From Chthoniobacter flavus (lineage in GTDB: Bacteria > Verrucomicrobiota > Verrucomicrobiia > Chthoniobacterales > JACTMZ01), in assembly GCA_945871065.1 (NCBI GenBank), contig CAMBUL010000003.1:269-64268 (forward strand): DNA of 64,000 nt, in the 5' to 3' direction. The notes beneath the pieces are model-generated. The model saw nothing but the letters and a program-made list of their open reading frames with translations, had not been told where the DNA came from and ran no database searches. This document shows positions 35,954 to 45,932 of the stretch, one piece after another (the first letter of the stretch is position 1; each line of letters begins with the position of its first letter). The position numbers were made by a program, and so were the translations under genes.

Positions 35954-36846
35954 CTCCTCTTTTCTGCTGTGTCTTCGTGCCGCTGGAGCAACTCGAAGTC
36001 GATCATGGTGTAAACGATCTTGCCGCGGCGGTGCAGAAGTACGCCGTCGGAGCGCGGGCGCACAATAAGATGGCGCGGTTTGTTGTCGAGCACGCGGTAA
36101 CCGAGTCGTGACAGCGCGTGGTTGCTTGAACGGGTCAGCAGGACCAAGAGTTCCTCGTCCAGCAAACCGAGTCGTGAAGCCTCCTCGGCATCGATGCCGT
36201 CGATCCAGGCGAAAATTTCGATGTAGTCCCGCCCGGGATCGAGGGTGATCCGCGTTAGCCCGTTCTCGAACTGGTCTTCGGCCATGGCTTCTTGGTGCGT
36301 GCGGAAGATGTCCATATGGCGCCCGGTCTGCCACAGCGGGTATTTCTCCGGAGGAGCATAGACGGCGAGCGGCAATTTGGTGCGCAAACGGTGCGGGCCG
36401 TGGTTGAGGATGTTGCTGCGCAATTGGTGGAGCAGCCCGAACTCGGCAAAGGGTGAAAGGAAGCGCGCATCGGCCACCGCACCGTCCGGCAGGGAATCGA
36501 GGAATTCGTCCGGAATGAAAAGCGGGACGTCCTGCGCGAGTCGCGAGAATTTCACCACAAGGTCACGCGGAGGGAGTCCGTCCGGAGTGCTCCGCGCGCG
36601 GTAGACGGTGCCGGTGCTGCCGCCCAGCCGCTCGCCCCGCACACTCAAATCTTTGCGGTCCCACCAGCGGTCCGGCTGGAGGTAATCGGACCAATGCCAT
36701 GCCGGGCGGCTGATGTAGAGCTCGCCGCCATCCCGCTGCGGGACCAAGGCGTAGTCGACGCCGAAAACCCGGGCGCGGCGATCTGCGGGGAGGATTTGGA
36801 ACGGTGGACGCTCTTCCATATAGGCCGGGTCCGCGGCAGAGGGCAT
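35950..36846 (-). CDS. Atypical protein-kinase-like (PKL fold) protein
   Basis: LGGSTGTVY (Gly loop), VVK, PFAEF, VLDNKPRHLIV (catalytic loop), IDFE (DFG equivalent). Confidence 0.65.
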   Translation of the reverse strand: MPSAADPAYMEERPPFQILPADRRARVFGVDYALVPQRDGGELYISRPAWHWSDYLQPDRWWDRKDLSVRGERLGGSTGTVYRARSTPDGLPPRDLVVKFSRLAQDVPLFIPDEFLDSLPDGAVADARFLSPFAEFGLLHQLRSNILNHGPHRLRTKLPLAVYAPPEKYPLWQTGRHMDIFRTHQEAMAEDQFENGLTRITLDPGRDYIEIFAWIDGIDAEEASRLGLLDEELLVLLTRSSNHALSRLGYRVLDNKPRHLIVRPRSDGVLLHRRGKIVYTMIDFELLQRHEDTAEKRR

Positions 36847-37340
36847 CAGCGATTGCCCATCATGCCGGGCGGCGCTTCGGTGTAGCCGTAGGGACCGACG
36901 GGCATGCCGACGTAGTAGAGGCGGTTGCTTGCCACTTTGCCGGAAGCGGTGTCGAAGATCATGACGGGACGTCCGCCGCCGGTCGGCCGCGCCGAGATGG
37001 TGTCGACCAGAATGTAGCGGGGAATGTTCTGCGCGCCGCGCTGGCGGGCTTGCTCGACCAGCATTTGTCCGCGTTGTTCGGCCAGCATGCGCTGGTCGCG
37101 GCCGACTTGCATGTTTGTCGCGGCCACGGCGAGAGCGCCTGCCCCCGCGGCGGCGCCGAGCGCGATGGGAATCGCGGAGCTGGCCGGCACCCCGGTGGTG
37201 CCGAGGGCGATACCGGTGGCGGCTCCGGCCAGACCGGCGGCGAGCAGTCCTGCTTCGGTGGCGCTGAAGTTTTCACAGCCCGAAGTGCCCAGCGAGCCGG
37301 CGGCGGCGAGGGCGGCGCAGTAGCGGAGAGCGCGTTGCAT
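36846..37340 (-). CDS. Glycine-zipper lipoprotein
   Basis: MQRALRYCAALAAAGSLGTSG-C lipobox, Gly/Ala-rich zipper. Confidence 0.7.
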   Translation of the reverse strand: MQRALRYCAALAAAGSLGTSGCENFSATEAGLLAAGLAGAATGIALGTTGVPASSAIPIALGAAAGAGALAVAATNMQVGRDQRMLAEQRGQMLVEQARQRGAQNIPRYILVDTISARPTGGGRPVMIFDTASGKVASNRLYYVGMPVGPYGYTEAPPGMMGNR

Positions 37341-37440
37341 GGATTCTCCATAGTGCATGAGGGAGAATGTGCAAGCTGCAGATGTAAAGACGGACCACGG
37401 GGCTTTGCAGGCGCCGGACCGTAGGCTACGCTCACTGGTG

Positions 37441-37893
37441 ATGAATCTGAGCGAAGAACAGAAAAAACTGGTTGCCGCGTGGGTGGCGGAGGGGGCCTCG
37501 TTGGCCGAGGTGCAGCAGCGCCTGAAAGAGGAATGCGCCATGTCTGTCACCTACATGGATGTGCGTTTTTTGGTCGATGACCTGCAGTTGCAGCTCAAGG
37601 AGCAGCCCAGGCAAAGCGAGGCGGTCGAGCGTTTGGCTGCGGCCAAGCAGGAGGGCGAGAGTGCGCGCTCCGGTCCGGCGCCCGGCGGGGTCAGTGTGAC
37701 GATGGACAGCATTACCAAGCCGCAGTCCATGGCCAGCGGGAAGGTGACTTTTTCCGATGGTGAAACGGCCGACTGGATGCTCGATCAGACCGGACGCCTC
37801 GGCTTGAACCCGGTTACGCCGGGTTACCGTCCATCGCAGACGGACGTCGCGGCTTTCCAGCAAGAACTGCAGCGTGTCGCGCAGGGCTTCTGA
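37441..37893 (+). CDS. Conserved hypothetical protein
   Basis: MNLSEEQKKLVAAWVAEGASL.EVQ.RL; coding-like codon usage. Confidence 0.7.
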   Translation: MNLSEEQKKLVAAWVAEGASLAEVQQRLKEECAMSVTYMDVRFLVDDLQLQLKEQPRQSEAVERLAAAKQEGESARSGPAPGGVSVTMDSITKPQSMASGKVTFSDGETADWMLDQTGRLGLNPVTPGYRPSQTDVAAFQQELQRVAQGF

Positions 37894-37899
37894 TCCCCG

Positions 37900-38103
37900 C
37901 TACTGCATCACATTGTTGAACCACGACTCGTAACGCTGGTCCTGGGCCTGACGCCGCAAGGATTGGCGGTTTTGGAAGGCGTCCCACTTCTGGTTGCGAT
38001 GGTAAAGATCGCGTTGCAGTGTGTAGGTGGGATCTTGGTAAGGATCTTGATTCGCGCAGCCGGCGGACGCAACGGCGAGGGCGAAGAGGAGAAGGACTTT
38101 CAT
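37900..38103 (-). CDS. Small lipoprotein
   Basis: MKVLLLFALAVASAG-C lipobox. Confidence 0.7.
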   Translation of the reverse strand: MKVLLLFALAVASAGCANQDPYQDPTYTLQRDLYHRNQKWDAFQNRQSLRRQAQDQRYESWFNNVMQ

Positions 38104-38122
38104 TGATCAGAGGGTAGGCGGA

Positions 38123-39373
38123 TTAGCCGGCCTTTGTGAAGTCCAGTGCGGCGAGGCGCCGGGCTGCTTCGATGGCGCGCTCGCGGCTGTTGAAGGCGGA
38201 GATGCGGAAGTAACCTTCGCCGGCCGCCCCAAAGCCGCTGCCGGGGGTGGTGACGATGTTGGCTTCCCGCAGGAGGAAGTCGAACATGGTCCAGCTGGGG
38301 ACGCCCTCGGGTCCGCGCACCCAGATGTAAGGCGCATCGATGCCGCCATAAACCCGGAGACCGGCCCCGCTTACCGCCTCGCGCAGGATGCGGGCATTCT
38401 CCATGTAGAAATCGACCAGTGCATCCACCTCTTGTCTGCCGTTAGGCGAATAGATTGCCTCGGCGGCGCGTTGCACCGGGTACGACACGCCGTTGAACTT
38501 CGTGGTGTGGTTGCGCAGCCAGAGGGGGTAGAGCGGTTTGCTTTCACCGCCGCGGGTTTGCCCGTGGAGCGATTTCGGCACGACAGTGAAGGCGCAACGG
38601 AGTCCGGTGAAGCCGCCGTTTTTCGAGAAGCTGCGGAATTCAATGGCGCAGTCGCGCGCGCCGTCGATCTCGTAAATGGAGTGAGGTACACCGGGGGTGC
38701 GCACGTAGGCTTCGTAGGCGGCATCGAAGAGGATGATGGCTTTGTGTTTCCGTGCGTAATCAACCCAAGCGGTGAGCTGTTCGCGGGTAGCGACGGCGCC
38801 GGTCGGGTTATTCGGATAGCAGAGGTAGATCAGATCGACGGGTTCTTTCGGGATGGCGGGGACAAACCCGTTTTCGGCGGTGCAGGGGAGATAAACGACG
38901 CCAGCATAAGCGCCGGATTCGTCGGCATCGCCGGTGTTGCCGACCATGACATTGGTGTCGACGTAAACGGGATAGACCGGATCGGTGATGGCCACGCGGT
39001 TGCCGGGGCCGAAGATGTCGAGGATGTTGCCGCAGTCGCACTTCGAGCCGTCGGAGACAAAGATTTCGTCGTCAGCGATGTCGAGCCCGCGGTCGCGAAA
39101 ATCGTGTTGCGCGATGGCCTGGCGGAGGAAGTCGTAGCCTTGTTCGGGTCCGTATCCGCGGAAGGTGTCGCGGTGGCCCAGTTCATCGACCGCTTTGTGC
39201 AGCGCCTCACGGCAGGCCGCGGGGAGGGGTTCGGTCACATCACCGATCCCGCAGCGAATGACCCGGCCGGCCGCGTCGGGATGAGCCTCGGTGAAAGCTT
39301 TGACCCGCCGCGCAATCTCGGGGAAGAGGTAGCCGGCTTTGAGTTTGGAATAGTTTTCGTTGAGGTAGGCCAT
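38123..39373 (-). CDS. dapL: LL-diaminopimelate aminotransferase
   Basis: [47 protein letters not shown]. Confidence 0.95.
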   Translation of the reverse strand: MAYLNENYSKLKAGYLFPEIARRVKAFTEAHPDAAGRVIRCGIGDVTEPLPAACREALHKAVDELGHRDTFRGYGPEQGYDFLRQAIAQHDFRDRGLDIADDEIFVSDGSKCDCGNILDIFGPGNRVAITDPVYPVYVDTNVMVGNTGDADESGAYAGVVYLPCTAENGFVPAIPKEPVDLIYLCYPNNPTGAVATREQLTAWVDYARKHKAIILFDAAYEAYVRTPGVPHSIYEIDGARDCAIEFRSFSKNGGFTGLRCAFTVVPKSLHGQTRGGESKPLYPLWLRNHTTKFNGVSYPVQRAAEAIYSPNGRQEVDALVDFYMENARILREAVSGAGLRVYGGIDAPYIWVRGPEGVPSWTMFDFLLREANIVTTPGSGFGAAGEGYFRISAFNSRERAIEAARRLAALDFTKAG

Positions 39374-39527
39374 GGGAAAAGAAGGTGGAGTTTAGAACGC
39401 AGAGCGAAGATGTCAAAGAGCGACGGGATGCGACCGCCAGCCGTGGCCTGCTGTCCTCTTCTGCACATACCAACCAAGCGCAGAGGCAATCCAGCCACAG
39501 CCGAGTCCTCGAACCGAGGCTTGGCGA

Positions 39528-39594
39528 GATAGGTCGCCGTGGCGATCAACTGATACCGTAACGCAGTGGAGATGGGTCGCCGCGGCGACCAAAC
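39528..39594. repeat. Tandem family B palindromes
   Basis: GATA-GGTCGCCGTGGCGATC-AA (39528) and GATG-GGTCGCCGCGGCGACC-AAAC (39571); the same core occurs at 5673. Confidence 0.8.
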
Positions 39595-39600
39595 AGACAG

Positions 39601-39614
39601 CTCGAAGAGCTGAG
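39601..39614 (+). repeat. Left 14-bp inverted repeat
   Basis: CTCGAAGAGCTGAG; exact reverse complement at 44247-44260. Confidence 0.6.
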
Positions 39615-39637
39615 CACAGCGTTCAAATTAAGACCCC

Positions 39638-39940
39638 TCAAGCCGCCAACTTGGTGAAGTCGCCTTTGACTTTGGCGGTGATCCGGTTGGCTTGTTTCAT
39701 GATCCGGCGGAAATCGCAGGCTGTTTGGATATTGAACCAGAACTGTGGGCTTTGTTTGAAAAATTTGCCCAGCTTGAGTGACATCTCGGGCGTAATGGCG
39801 CGGCGCCCAAGCACGATTTCGTTGATACCGCGAGGGCTGACACCCAAGGCCCGGCCCAGCGCGTTCTGCGAAATGCCCATCGGCTCAAGGTAGTCTTCGA
39901 GCAGGATTTCCCCGGGAGTGAGCGGCGTTTTCATTTTCAT
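39638..39940 (-). CDS. higA: HigA-family antitoxin (XRE HTH)
   Basis: [18 protein letters not shown]...LGVS...INEI..G.R.IT.EM.L.L..FF..S.QFW.N.Q. Confidence 0.92.
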   Translation of the reverse strand: MKMKTPLTPGEILLEDYLEPMGISQNALGRALGVSPRGINEIVLGRRAITPEMSLKLGKFFKQSPQFWFNIQTACDFRRIMKQANRITAKVKGDFTKLAA

Positions 39941-39943
39941 ATC

Positions 39944-40243
39944 CTATAGCGTTATAGGGGGCTGTCCATGGTAGTCCGTGATCGAGACATCGGCCGGGCC
40001 TTGTGCGGTCCAGCGGAAGACAATGCGCCACTGGTCGTTGATCCGGATTGAGTGCCAGCCGGCTGCCCGGCCCTTGAGTGGTTCAAGTCTGTTTCCCGGT
40101 GGAACGGCAAGGTCCTGCGCCTGTTCAGCCGCATCCACCGCGATCAGCTTGCGCAGGGCGACGCGGGCAATCTGGGAAAAGCGGCGGTTGGCCTCCTCCC
40201 GGAAGAGTTCCTCTGTGTTGTCGTCGCCGAAGGAAACAATCAT
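39944..40243 (-). CDS. higB: HigB-family toxin (plasmid maintenance killer type)
   Basis: MI.SF.D..TEELF, DL..PPGNRLE.LKG...G.HSIRINDQWR.VFRW...DYH. Confidence 0.93.
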   Translation of the reverse strand: MIVSFGDDNTEELFREEANRRFSQIARVALRKLIAVDAAEQAQDLAVPPGNRLEPLKGRAAGWHSIRINDQWRIVFRWTAQGPADVSITDYHGQPPITL

Positions 40244-40472
40244 GCGTTGCCGGGCATCTTAGGAACGTCATGCGCTGGCGGAAGGCGAAACTAGGGAGGA
40301 AGGAAAACTTAGCCACCGATAGACGTAGCTGAGTCTGCGAATGGTAACGCATTGGAGCTCGGTCGCTGCGGCTGCGAGGCCGCAAACGAATAAACGAGGA
40401 TGACTGGGAAATGGCATTTGCCGTCTGATTGCCTCCCGATTAACACCGAGTCTTATGCCGCATATGTCCCCG

Positions 40473-40660
40473 GGTAGGGCGGGGCCTTTGCCTATGGGCC
40501 ATCTTCACTGCGCTCCGGTTGCACCCGCCGTGCGCCCCCCAAAGAAGGGCGACTATCCCGGCGCGCCGAGGATCCGCACACGGCGGACTGGGTGCCGCGC
40601 CCTACCTCTTCGCCCATGTCGATCCCCCAGTTACTTCCCAGCACACACCGCGCCAACGCG
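40473..40660 (-). repeat. REP-like family E, copy 2 (long form)
   Basis: GGTAGGGCGGGGC (40473-40485) / GCCGCGCCCTACC (40594-40606) inverted ends plus the 17-bp box shared with 3722-3738. Confidence 0.75.
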
Positions 40661-40881
40661 CGGGTTCAGGGACTCTGGGCCGTCTCGCAAAGCATCGGCT
40701 GCGGCCGCCGCAACCGTCAATTTCACCCGCATTACGGCGACGAGATACTGTTTGCGCAGAGGCTGAAACATAGTAGATCTCTCTTTCTGTTGTCATCGTT
40801 TCTGGTGTGCCGGCCGCGGATCTCCAATTTTGACAGCGGCAGGTAATGTCGGTGTTGGTCGCGGCCGGAGAAAACACGCTT

Positions 40882-43800
40882 ATGAAACACCCGCTCGCCT
40901 TCGGCGCCGTTCTCTACGTCGCACTGATGACCATTTCCGCTGCCCGCGCGCAGACAGAACTCTATATCGATTCTGGAACCACCGCACCTATGACACGGAG
41001 CTTCACTTCAGGATCCAACGGTTATTCGGAAATCTATGAGGCTTTGTTAGTCACTTCTTCTAACAACGTATTGATCGTTTCCAACACAGGCACCCTGCTC
41101 AATGCCAGTGGCTCCACCTATATCGGATACAAGGGTTCCGGGGGTAATAACCTCACCATTGCAGGCGGTGGAGTATTCAAAGGAACCGCTGCCTTTGTGG
41201 GATACACGAACAGCGCCGCCAGCAACTCGGTTCTGGTTACAGGGGCTGGTTCCAGTTGGACCAACAGCGGTGATCTGAACTTCGGTCGTTATAGTTCGGG
41301 AAACAGTATGGTGGTTTCGGACGGCGGGCTGGTCTCCGCTGCTAATCTCTACATGTCGAGTCTCGCTGGCGGGGGTAATGCAATCCAAGTGACGGGTTTG
41401 GGATCTCGCTTGGTTGCAAACAGTGGTTTCGAGATCGGTAAGGCCGGGACGGGCGGTAACAGCGTCACGATCTCCAACGGTGGAAGGGTGGAGAATAATT
41501 CCGGCTATGGGTTCATCGGCTATGCCGCCACAGCTTCGAACAACTCGGTGACGGTGACCGGGACTAACTCCCGCTGGAGCAACAGTCCATCTTTCGGGTT
41601 TTATGTGGGCTAGCAAAGCAGCGGTAACAACCTGGTCATTTCCAACGGAGGGGGCGTGAATAGCACGGCGGCAGGGATCGGCGATGCAGTCACCTCCTCC
41701 AATAACTCCGTTCTGGTGACGGGAGCCGGCTCCTTCTGGAGCAATAGCGGATCAATGACTTTGGGAAATCTTGGCGCCGGCAACAGTCTGGTCATCTCCA
41801 ATGGAGCGAGGGTGGTGAGTTCAAGCGGCCTGTCCTTAGGCCAATTTGCAGGCTCCACCAATAACTCGGTCCTGGTAACGGGACTAGGATCGAGCTTCAG
41901 TAGTACGAACAGCTTGCTGATCGGGCCAAGGGGAGGGGGAGTTTTCACGGTGGCTGACGGTGGCTCCATGGCAGCCAGAGACATCACGATTGCTTCGGAA
42001 GCGGGGTCTTCAGGTGTGCTGAACGTCGGCTACGGGGCTGCCATCTCCACCGGCACCATCACCATCACCACCGGGGCTACGAATTCCACCGGCACCCTGA
42101 ACTTTATCGACTCGGTGGGCGCCATCAGTGAGACGACATTCGGTGCTTCGACCGTCACCTTCGGGATCGGAACTGCCACGATCAACATGAATCAGGGAAA
42201 TGCTGTCACCATTGCTTCTACAATCAACGGCGGTGGCACTCTCAATCAACTTGGACCGGGACAGACATTCCTCTCGGGTAACAGCACCTTCTTCACCGGC
42301 TCCACAGTCATCAGTGGCGGCTCCCTTTGGGTAACGGGTGCCAATGCCCTGGGCAGTAGCAAGGTCACTCTCAACGGGGGTCTACTTGCTCTTCCTTACG
42401 GCGTCACCCTTTCCAACTCCTTTGACTGGAACTCCTCGGGATCGATTTATTTAGGGGGAAGTTCCAGCTCTGTGAGCCCTCTGACCATGGCTGGCGGCAC
42501 CCTCACGCTCACGGGCAGTTCCCTTCACACTTTTTCACTGGATTACACATATCGTCTCAGCACCGACCCCGCGCAGATCCTTGTTGGGGTCGGCGGAAAT
42601 TCGGCCAGTCAGTTCGGTGTCTCCGGCCGGGATAACTACGCCCTGTTCGTCAGCAATAACACGCTTTGGGTCACGCTCGGCAACCTCTATGTAGGAACCA
42701 ACTCCACGCCGGCAACCAAGAGTTTCACATCCGGCACTCTGGAATACAACAACACCTACGTCGGCTTCTCCCCCACAGCCTCGAACAACACCCTCAATGT
42801 ATCCGGCGCAGGTACCGTCCTGACCAACCACACCGACCTCTACGTCGGCTACGAGGGCAGCAGCAACACGATGCAGGTGGCCAACGGTGGCACCGTGGCG
42901 AACACCATCGGCTTCATCGGAAATGCCTCCACCTCCTCCAACAACAGCGTGCTCGTAACCGGGGCGAACTCGCTCTGGACCAACAGCGCTAATCTCTATG
43001 TCGGCTACGGCGGCAGCGGCAACAACCTCACCATCGCTGACGGTGGCACCGTGGCGGCCTCGAACATCAGCATCGCCTCACAGGCCGGTTCCTCCGGCAC
43101 ACTCAACATCGGTCGCTTCGGAACCAACGACACCGCGGGCACGATCAACGCCCCGACCATCGCCTTTGGAAGCGGCACGGGCGCGATCAACTTCAACCAG
43201 AGCAATGCGGTGACGATCACCAGCGCCATTTCCGGCAATGGTGCGGTGAACCAACTCGGCACCGGCACGACGATCCTGAGTGCGTCGAACACCTATACGG
43301 GTGGCACGATGGTCTCGGCGGGATCGCTCGTCGGCACGACGGCCAGCCTGCAGGGCGCGATCACCAACAATGCGGCGGTAACCTTCGATCAGAGCACCGA
43401 CGGCACCTACAGCGGGGCGATGAGTGGCAGTGGCTCCCTGAGCAAAACCGGCATCGGCCGCCTCAGCCTGAGCGGGAGCAGCAGTTACAATGGCGCAACC
43501 ACGGTCTCGGCCGGCGACCTCAACCTCTCCGGTGGATCGATCACCAACTCTGCGGTCACCGTGGCCTCCGGCGCGAGCCTCAGCGGCTACGGCTCGGTCG
43601 GCACGATCGGCGGCGCGGGCGCGATCAATCCGGGCAACAGCCCCGGCATTCTGACCACCCCGCAAGTGATCCCTTCGGGCGGAACGACTTTCAACTTTGA
43701 AATGACCGGCACTGCTCCGATCTACAGTAATGCGGCCAGCAGCACGAACGACCTCATCCGGATCACGGGCATGCTACCGACCACGCCATTCAGTCAGGCC

Positions 43801-44211
43801 CTCACCGCGAGCAACGGCATCAACATTTACTTCAGCGGAGCCGCGCTCTTCACCGGCAGCACCGCGGTGCAATATAAAGGTGGCTTTTTCACCGACCAGT
43901 CAGCGAGTTTCGCCGGCTTCATCACCAACGCGACGTACAATTACTACTTCGCCAACGCGATCGGGACCAATTCCTATAACGGGGCCAATTACTACAGCAA
44001 AGCCCAATACGAAACCGCCGTGCTATCGAACAACCTGATGACCATCACCATCACAACGGTGGCCCGCGCCGCCGATTTCGGCAGTGGCAACGTGAACGGG
44101 CAGGTCATGCAAATCGACGTCATCCCCGAGCCGAGCACCTACGCGCTGCTCGTGCTGGCGGTGATTGGGTTGGGCGTGCAATGCTGGCGCCGACGGCGGA
44201 AGGTGGCCTGA
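40882..44211 (+). pseudogene. PEP-CTERM surface protein with T5SS/PEP-CTERM-associated and autotransporter-type beta-strand repeats, interrupted by an in-frame TAG at 41611-41613
   Basis: ORFs 40846-41613 and 41656-44211 are in the same frame; signal peptide MKHPLAFG...ARA; C-terminus VIPEPSTYALLVLAVIGLGVQCWRRRRK. Confidence 0.8.
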
Positions 44212-44246
44212 TTTTTTTGAACAGCAGGTAGCGAAGGGGGAAGCCA

Positions 44247-44260
44247 CTCAGCTCTTCGAG
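44247..44260 (-). repeat. Right 14-bp inverted repeat
   Basis: CTCAGCTCTTCGAG, reverse complement of 39601-39614. Confidence 0.6.
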
Positions 44261-44280
44261 TTGCCCAACGAGTGAGTCGT

Positions 44281-45129
44281 CTATTCGCCGAGGGCCTCGG
44301 CCACCGCGCGCTGGAAGACGGATTCCTCGGGGGTGAGGTCGGTCCAGCGCTGGAAAATTTGCATGGCCAATTGCACGAGCATTTCCACCCCGTCGACGGT
44401 GCGGCAACCGTGGTCACGGGCCGTGGCGAGGAAAGGGGTGATGCGTGGATTGGTGATCACATCGACCACGGCGCAGTCCGTGCTGACCGTATCCCAAAGC
44501 ACCGGCACCGGCTCCAGTTCGGGCGCGCAGCCCAGATGGGTGGCGTTCATGAGCAATGTGGTGCCGGCCGGCACTTCCACTTCCCGCTGCCATGCCTGCC
44601 ATTGGCTGGGCACGCCGCTGGCTTTCTCAACGAGGGCGGCCACTTCGCGCCCCTGCTCTTCGCGGCGCGTCACAAGGGTCATCTTGGCGGCTCCGGCCCA
44701 GGCGATTTCTACGGCCATGGCGCGTCCGGCACCGCCGGCGCCGAGCATGACCACGTGCTGACCGCGCAGAGGCACCACTTTTTCGATCGCTTTGACCACG
44801 CCCTTGCCGTCGTTGTTGTGGCCGACGAGACGACCCTTTTCGATCGTCACGTAATTGGCGGCGCCGATGGCGCGCACGTCATCGTCGACTTCGTCGAGCA
44901 GCGGAATAACCGCCACTTTGTAGGGCACGGTGACGCACATCCCGCGGTAGCCGAGCGGCACGAGGGCGGCCACGGCCAGGCGGAGGTCGGATTCGGAGGC
45001 GATGTTATTTTTCCAAAATTGCCAAGGCAGTCCGTAATGCGCGTAGACCGCGTCGAACATGCGGTCGATCGGGTTCTCGGCCACCGGGTGACCGAGCATG
45101 CCGGTCATTTGTTTTTGCGGAGGGATCAT
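44281..45129 (-). CDS. Shikimate/quinate dehydrogenase-family protein with non-canonical substrate motifs
   Basis: G.PV, VTVPYK, IGAAN, HNNDG, LGAGGAGRA, NATHLG, DG..MLV..A..F..WT. Confidence 0.85.
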   Translation of the reverse strand: MIPPQKQMTGMLGHPVAENPIDRMFDAVYAHYGLPWQFWKNNIASESDLRLAVAALVPLGYRGMCVTVPYKVAVIPLLDEVDDDVRAIGAANYVTIEKGRLVGHNNDGKGVVKAIEKVVPLRGQHVVMLGAGGAGRAMAVEIAWAGAAKMTLVTRREEQGREVAALVEKASGVPSQWQAWQREVEVPAGTTLLMNATHLGCAPELEPVPVLWDTVSTDCAVVDVITNPRITPFLATARDHGCRTVDGVEMLVQLAMQIFQRWTDLTPEESVFQRAVAEALGE

Positions 45130-45185
45130 GGTCGGATGCTACCTCGGCTCTGGGCGGCGGCTCAAGGGGGAGGTGGCGAGCAAAG

Positions 45186-45220
45186 AAAAAAACCCGAGGC
45201 GTTGGGGCCTCGGGTTTTTT
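45186..45220. terminator. Bidirectional Rho-independent terminator downstream of the SOD gene
   Basis: AAAAAAA-CCCGAGGC-GTTGGG-GCCTCGGG-TTTTTT. Confidence 0.9.
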
Positions 45221-45243
45221 GGTGAGAAGATGGTGTGCGCGGA

Positions 45244-45870
45244 TTACAGCGCGGCGAGGTAGTTTTTCTCGGCTTGGTCCCAGTTAACGGTGTTCCACCA
45301 GGCTTTGAGGTAATCGGGGCGGCGGTTTTGGTAGTTGAGATAATACGCGTGTTCCCAGACGTCGCAGCCGATGACGGGTGTGCCTTCGACGCCGGCGACG
45401 GCTTTGCCCATGAGGGGGCTGTCTTGGTTGGCGGTGGAGACGACTTCGAGTTGGCCGTTGTTGACCACGAGCCAAGCCCAGCCGCTGCCGAAGCGCGTGG
45501 CGCCGGCTTTTTCAAAGGCCTCTTTGAAGGCGTCGAAGCTGCCGAATTTGGTGTTGATGGCCTCAGCGAGTTTACCCTTCGGCTCACCGCCGGCGTTGGG
45601 GCCCATGATGGTCCAGAAGAAAGAGTGGTTGGCGTGGCCGCCGGCATTGTTGCGCAGGGCGGTGCGGATGGCCTCGGGCACAGAGGCGAGGTCGGCGATC
45701 AGTTCGTTGACCGGTTTGGCCGCCAGGTCGGGATGGTCTTTGAGCGCGTTGTTCGCGTTGGTGATGTAGGCCTGATGGTGTTTGTCGTGATGGATTTCCA
45801 TCGTGCGCGCGTCGATGTTCGGTTCGAGGGCGTTGTTTGCGTAAGTGAGAGGTGGAAGTTCGTAGGCCAT
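45244..45870 (-). CDS. sodA: Superoxide dismutase, Mn-type signature
   Basis: [41 protein letters not shown]. Confidence 0.95.
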   Translation of the reverse strand: MAYELPPLTYANNALEPNIDARTMEIHHDKHHQAYITNANNALKDHPDLAAKPVNELIADLASVPEAIRTALRNNAGGHANHSFFWTIMGPNAGGEPKGKLAEAINTKFGSFDAFKEAFEKAGATRFGSGWAWLVVNNGQLEVVSTANQDSPLMGKAVAGVEGTPVIGCDVWEHAYYLNYQNRRPDYLKAWWNTVNWDQAEKNYLAAL

Positions 45871-45932
45871 AAAGTTGATTTATTGAAACTGCAACGTATC
45901 GGCCGGCGGCGGCGGGAGCAAGCGGGACCGTA

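Noticed and set aside
41611-41619. Pyrrolysine recoding or a TMV-type readthrough signal at the TAG
   Set aside because: No pyl genes in the window, and the context TAG-CAA-AGC matches only half of CARYYA
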